Assembly (NCBI RefSeq): GCF_000400465.1
Contig: NW_008806285.1
Location: forward strand, 82,001-144,000
DNA from: Wallemia ichthyophaga EXF-994
Lineage: Eukaryota; Fungi; Basidiomycota
Length of the DNA stretch: 62,000 nucleotides
Direction of reading: 5' to 3'
The notes beneath the pieces are model-generated. The model was not told where the DNA came from and did not search any database. It saw only the letters and a list, made by a program, of their open reading frames with translations. Of the stretch, positions 58,097 through 62,000 are shown piece after piece (the first letter of the stretch is position 1; each line of letters starts with the position of its first letter). A program made the translations under genes and the position numbers.

Positions 58097-60902
58097 TTAC
58101 ATCTTGAAGAGGAAGCCCATATCTTCCGGTGACAATCTACCCATCGCAGCATCGTCACGACCGATAGCAGCATCAACCATGGCAGATTTCTTTTCTTGTA
58201 GTTGAACAATACGGCTTTCGATGGAGTCTTCAATAACGAGCTTGATGCATTGGACGGGTCTCCGCGCACCTAGTCTGTGTACTCTGTCCATGGCTTGGTA
58301 CTCGACAGCTGGGTTCCACCACGAGTCCATCATGTACACTCTCGAGGCTTCAGTCAAGTTAAGTGCAACACCACCTGCTTTGAGCGATACTAGGAAGACG
58401 GTGCAGTGTACATTCTTCATAAAATGCTGTACAACTGCGTTCCTAGTCTGCGGTGTCATGTTGCCTTCAAGTCTACAGATCTGAGTGTGAATTAGCAATG
58501 AGTGGGGTATTGTACCTCAGGCATCACCCACATTAAATCCAGCCCTCTTGAGTCTCCATGCAACCAGATCAAGGAAGTTGACAAACTGGCTGAAGACAAG
58601 CGACTTGATAGTACAGTCCTCTCTTTGCAACTCAGTCAGCTCCTCAACCAGTGCCTCGATTTTTGTCGATGATTTCCAGTGAGCCATGTCGAGTCTGCCC
58701 GTGATGCCATTCGGCTTGCTCGTCTTCAGGCCCTCATCTTCGGCACGCTCTATTGAAGGTTGGTTAATATCGATCGAGATCGGGACGTGGCAAGATGGAC
58801 ATTCTGGCTGCTCGACCAGACTGCCAGTCAAATACTCAGTGATGCAAAGACGACAGAAGGCGTGGTGACAGCGTGCGTCAATCGCGTCTTCTGCTATGTC
58901 GTTACAGATCCTGCATACATGCTCATCTGATAAGTCTTTGCCATACTCTGTAGTACGACTCTTGAGAACAAGATCTGGATGACATGCCATCTGGCGCATA
59001 CGCGTAATGAGTGAGAAGATGTTCGAGTAGTTGTTCAAAATGGTACCTTGGTCAATATACGAAGAGAAAGCGCGTCGAACGTCACTGTATAGAGACAAGT
59101 AGATGTCACGCTCTTCTTCGGAGAAGAAGTCTCTGCGGCACTTGACGATACGCGGTGGCAAGCCGAGATCATCAGCTCGCTCGACTTTGGTGCGGCGGAG
59201 CATCATTCTGTCGAGCAGAATTTTGAGCTTCTTAAAAGCGGTCAAACCTTCACCAACCATACCATACCTTTGGATGGGTGTAAGAATCTCGTTGTTCCAA
59301 AAACAGACGTGATTCATTGGTGATTCACCGCAGTAGTCGCAGTGGCGTCTGTCGGAGAAACTCCAATTCAACGACTTACACTTGGACTTTTTACCGTAGT
59401 AATAAGCGAATGGATCAGCGCCAATAAAACGAACGAGCGAGTAGAGTTCTCCAACTCTATTTTGCAGTGGTGTACCAGAAAGGCACCACTTGAAGTTACT
59501 TTTCAATCCAAAGGCTGCTTTGGAAGTGTTGGATGATCTTTCTTTAATGTTATGAGCTTCATCGAGAATAATCCTGTGCCAGTTTATTGCGTGCAACGGA
59601 CTAGGCTCTTTGATTTTCGAGCCTTTCCTCTGTCTGCCATACTGCTGTATACGAAATGCTGACTCCATCACGGAATAGGATGTCATTACGACATCGTATT
59701 TTTTCAAATCTGCTATGTTTTTGGTACGAGAAGCGCCGTGCCACAGCAATACGTTCATTCCGTCAGTGTAAGATTCTATCTCATTTTTCCATTGGACAAC
59801 GGCGATGGTGGGAGCGACAATAAGGTTTGGTTTCTTACGGTCGCTCAGCAACAACGCGATTGTCTGAATAGTCTTACCCATACCCATCTCATCAGCAAGC
59901 ATACCGCCTTTCCATGGACCCTTCTCTTGTTCCTTCATCCAATACAATGACTCTTGCTGGAAGGGGAGCAGCTTGAGCTTGAGACCAGGGGGAGAAGGGA
60001 GCGTCTGGGGCTTCTGTGGTACGATATCTCTTGACAAATCACCCCAAACATCCTTAAGTTCGGGATGCCAACAACCGAGAGCGACTTGGTTCCTGAAAAC
60101 AATGAGCGAAACAAGATATGCCAAGTTGGCACTCACATTTCACCACGCGTAAGCGTTTTGCGACCAAGTTCTTTTTTCAGTTTTGTCCTCTCTTGTATCT
60201 CAAACTTGTCACGCTGTCTTTTCAAGGCTGCGATGCGCTTCCTCTCGTCTGCCATAGCTTGTTTCTCTTCTTGCGTGAGTTCATCGTTATCCTTGAGGAT
60301 CTTTGGCAATGGCTTGATCTCTTGGACATCGTCGTCGGAAATGTCATGGGGATTATCAGCCTCGTTCGAGGCAACAATGGTAACGTCGTTGTCGCTGGCT
60401 TGTTCAAATTGATCGGCATATTTAATGCTTTCATCATCGGAACTAATCTATTACGTGCGTCAGAGCGCGTCTTATCACTTCTTTATAAGCACTTACGTCA
60501 ACCTTATCGTTAAACGTGGGCTTTCCGTTGGCTGTTTCAGTTCTCTTCCTCTTTGGCTTTGCGTCGACTTGAGTGTATAATGCTTCCATGTGCTCATCCT
60601 CATCTACATCCACCTTGTAATCTTCTTCCTCGTCGTCGTCGCCAATGTCATCTTGCTGCTCGTATTTGTCGTCGTATTCCAATTCATCGTCATCGCTGGG
60701 CTCTTGTTCTAACTCCTCCTGAAAGGTAATCTATATCAGCTTCAACTGTCTTCATTCCTCATGGAGCACCCACATTGACGTCGTCCTCAGCTTTGGCAAT
60801 GTTGAGTGATTCCACTGCCATTTTGGTATCTTGATCATCTGATGTATTGGTGCTATTCACAGTACTAGACCGCGTACTGGCTCTAGTGCTACGCCTTGCC
60901 AT
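58097..60902 (-). CDS. RAD16: Rad16-like SNF2 ATPase with RING finger (global-genome NER)
   Basis: GGMLADEMGMGKT, DEAH, LSGTPLQNR, RING CRIC...CHHAFCRLC...CPSC, SSTKIEALVEEL, SLKAGGVALNLTEAS, QAMDRVHRLG. Confidence 0.92.
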
Positions 60903-60955
60903 TGCGATGGGAGTATTAAACAAAGAAATGAATAAAAATTACAAGTCTATTGAAA

Positions 60956-61725
60956 TCACAGCAGGTCAAAGTCATCAAGCTGTTTCTAGTGTAAGAAATC
61001 CACCAAGACCGCTTAACGCCACTCACCTCATCGTTGTAGTTCATTACAGTTCTCTTGATCTTGGACGTGTCTACCCATGTAACGAAGTCTTCCATATTCC
61101 TGTGCATGTCAGTGTGTTCTATCCCTCCACTCACCCACTCACCTCGTTACCAAGAAGGCTGGATCTGTAATTGTATCTGGACCAACACGCAAATGACCTT
61201 GCTCGATATATTGAGTAGCCTAGACGCTTTAGAGTTATTCCAGCGAGTGTATCCCACCCACAGTCTTCACGCTCTCACAGAGCTTATTCCTCACGCAAAC
61301 AACGGCCAATCTTCTCCTGCAGAAACTAGCCACGCTGATCTTCTCCACGTCGCTAAGCTTCGAACCGATATTGAGCAGTCCCATCTCATAACCCTTGGCC
61401 AATAACTGAGTCTCCATTTGGTGTCGGTATGGGTCTTGCGCTGATAGCAGACTCAATCTGTGTGCCATCTGCCTCATCGATCCGCAAAGTCTGTTGTATT
61501 TGGCATAGTCGTCTCTTCCTTGCAAATGATACCTCCTCATAACCTTTATTTCACGCAGACTTGCATCCTGCTTCCACTGCAAGTTTGTTAGCTAACTTTC
61601 AGTGGTGCAGCATACACTAACATTGACAAAGTCGACCTTCTTAAGAAGTCTGCATGTTTTTAGACGCGTCCTTTTTACTATACACCCCTTACTTACTTCT
61701 GCTCGTGGTGTTTGAGATTACGCAT
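60956..61725 (-). CDS. IMP3: U3 snoRNP protein Imp3 (S4-like domain), five introns
   Basis: MRNLKHHEQK|LLKKVDFVN|WKQD...SFCRRRL...EQGHLRVG...TDPAFLVTR|NMEDFVTWVDTSKIKR...|LDDFDLL*. Confidence 0.95.
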
Positions 61726-61858
61726 ATGATCACAGCTAAGAAAGAAGGTAGAATATATTATGACATTTTCAATTACAAGGGACAAACGCATTACTTTATA
61801 TGTGGAATCACTATAATAAATCATTGATTGTTGGAGCGTGTTTTCAGGCCTCCAAATT

Positions 61859-62000
61859 TTACTTTTTTGACTTCTTGCCAGATTCCTAAAGTTGAATTAG
61901 TCGTTGTTCCTTTTATTCCCGCTTACTTACTTTCTTAGCAGCCTTTTTTGGTGGCTCTGGTTGTGGCTCTGGCTCTGATTCAGATTCTGAAGAGTCAGAC
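61859..62000 (-). CDS. 3' end of a gene with an acidic/lysine-rich tail, truncated by the window edge
   Basis: SDSSESESEPEPQPEPPKKAAKK|ESGKKSKK* with intron GTAAGT...CTAAT...TAG. Confidence 0.6.

Noticed and set aside
1228-61405. Many 60-200 aa ORFs antisense to or overlapping real genes (e.g. 5600-6217, 19888-20538, 21455-21913, 41956-42603 extension, 48900-49232)
   Set aside because: Shadow ORFs of coding sequence or intron read-through, without recognisable motifs.
9081-61725. Apparent clustering of ribosome-biogenesis genes (RNase III, NUFIP1, ARB1, DBP7, IMP3)
   Set aside because: They are spread over 50 kb among unrelated genes, and this class is abundant in a small genome; no shared motif seen.
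1-62000. Search for tRNA, rRNA, CRISPR arrays, LTR/TIR elements and telomeric repeats
   Set aside because: No T-loop/anticodon structures, rRNA signatures, repeat-spacer arrays, transposase/RT motifs or terminal repeats seen by eye; tRNAscan-SE and Infernal runs would be needed to exclude small RNAs.

Overview
Eukaryotic nuclear DNA from a very gene-dense fungal genome, with 40-60 nt GT-AG introns carrying CTRAC-type branch sites and many intergenic gaps of only 50-110 bp. The complex I subunit, DASH subunit, class I hydrophobin and Hmp1/CsbD-like proteins fit a compact basidiomycete, plausibly Wallemia (inference; not confirmed by search). I reconstructed about 36 protein-coding genes by joining ORF-track fragments across introns. 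Most are housekeeping: YCG1, DAM1, TTI1, TAF8, NDUFV1, ELP1, CCT8, ATG26, ARB1, TBP, DBP7, RAD16, IMP3. I found no rRNA, tRNA, CRISPR array or intact transposon, and I cannot claim a proven new system. Best candidates for follow-up: (1) a tail-to-tail pair of paralogues of an unrecognised family (1-1119); (2) three small CsbD/Hmp1-like hydrophilic paralogues with five non-shared intron positions; (3) a 61-bp bidirectional YCG1/DAM1 promoter with three MCB boxes; (4) a winged-helix-like C-terminal domain on Dam1; (5) splicing-dependent starts and micro-exons (DBP7 ATG split by an intron, ATG-only coding exon in a copper-fist TF); (6) two 1.5-kb decayed, coding-like gaps near a divergent Fizzy-related APC/C activator. 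Exon boundaries were called by eye and need RNA-seq confirmation.
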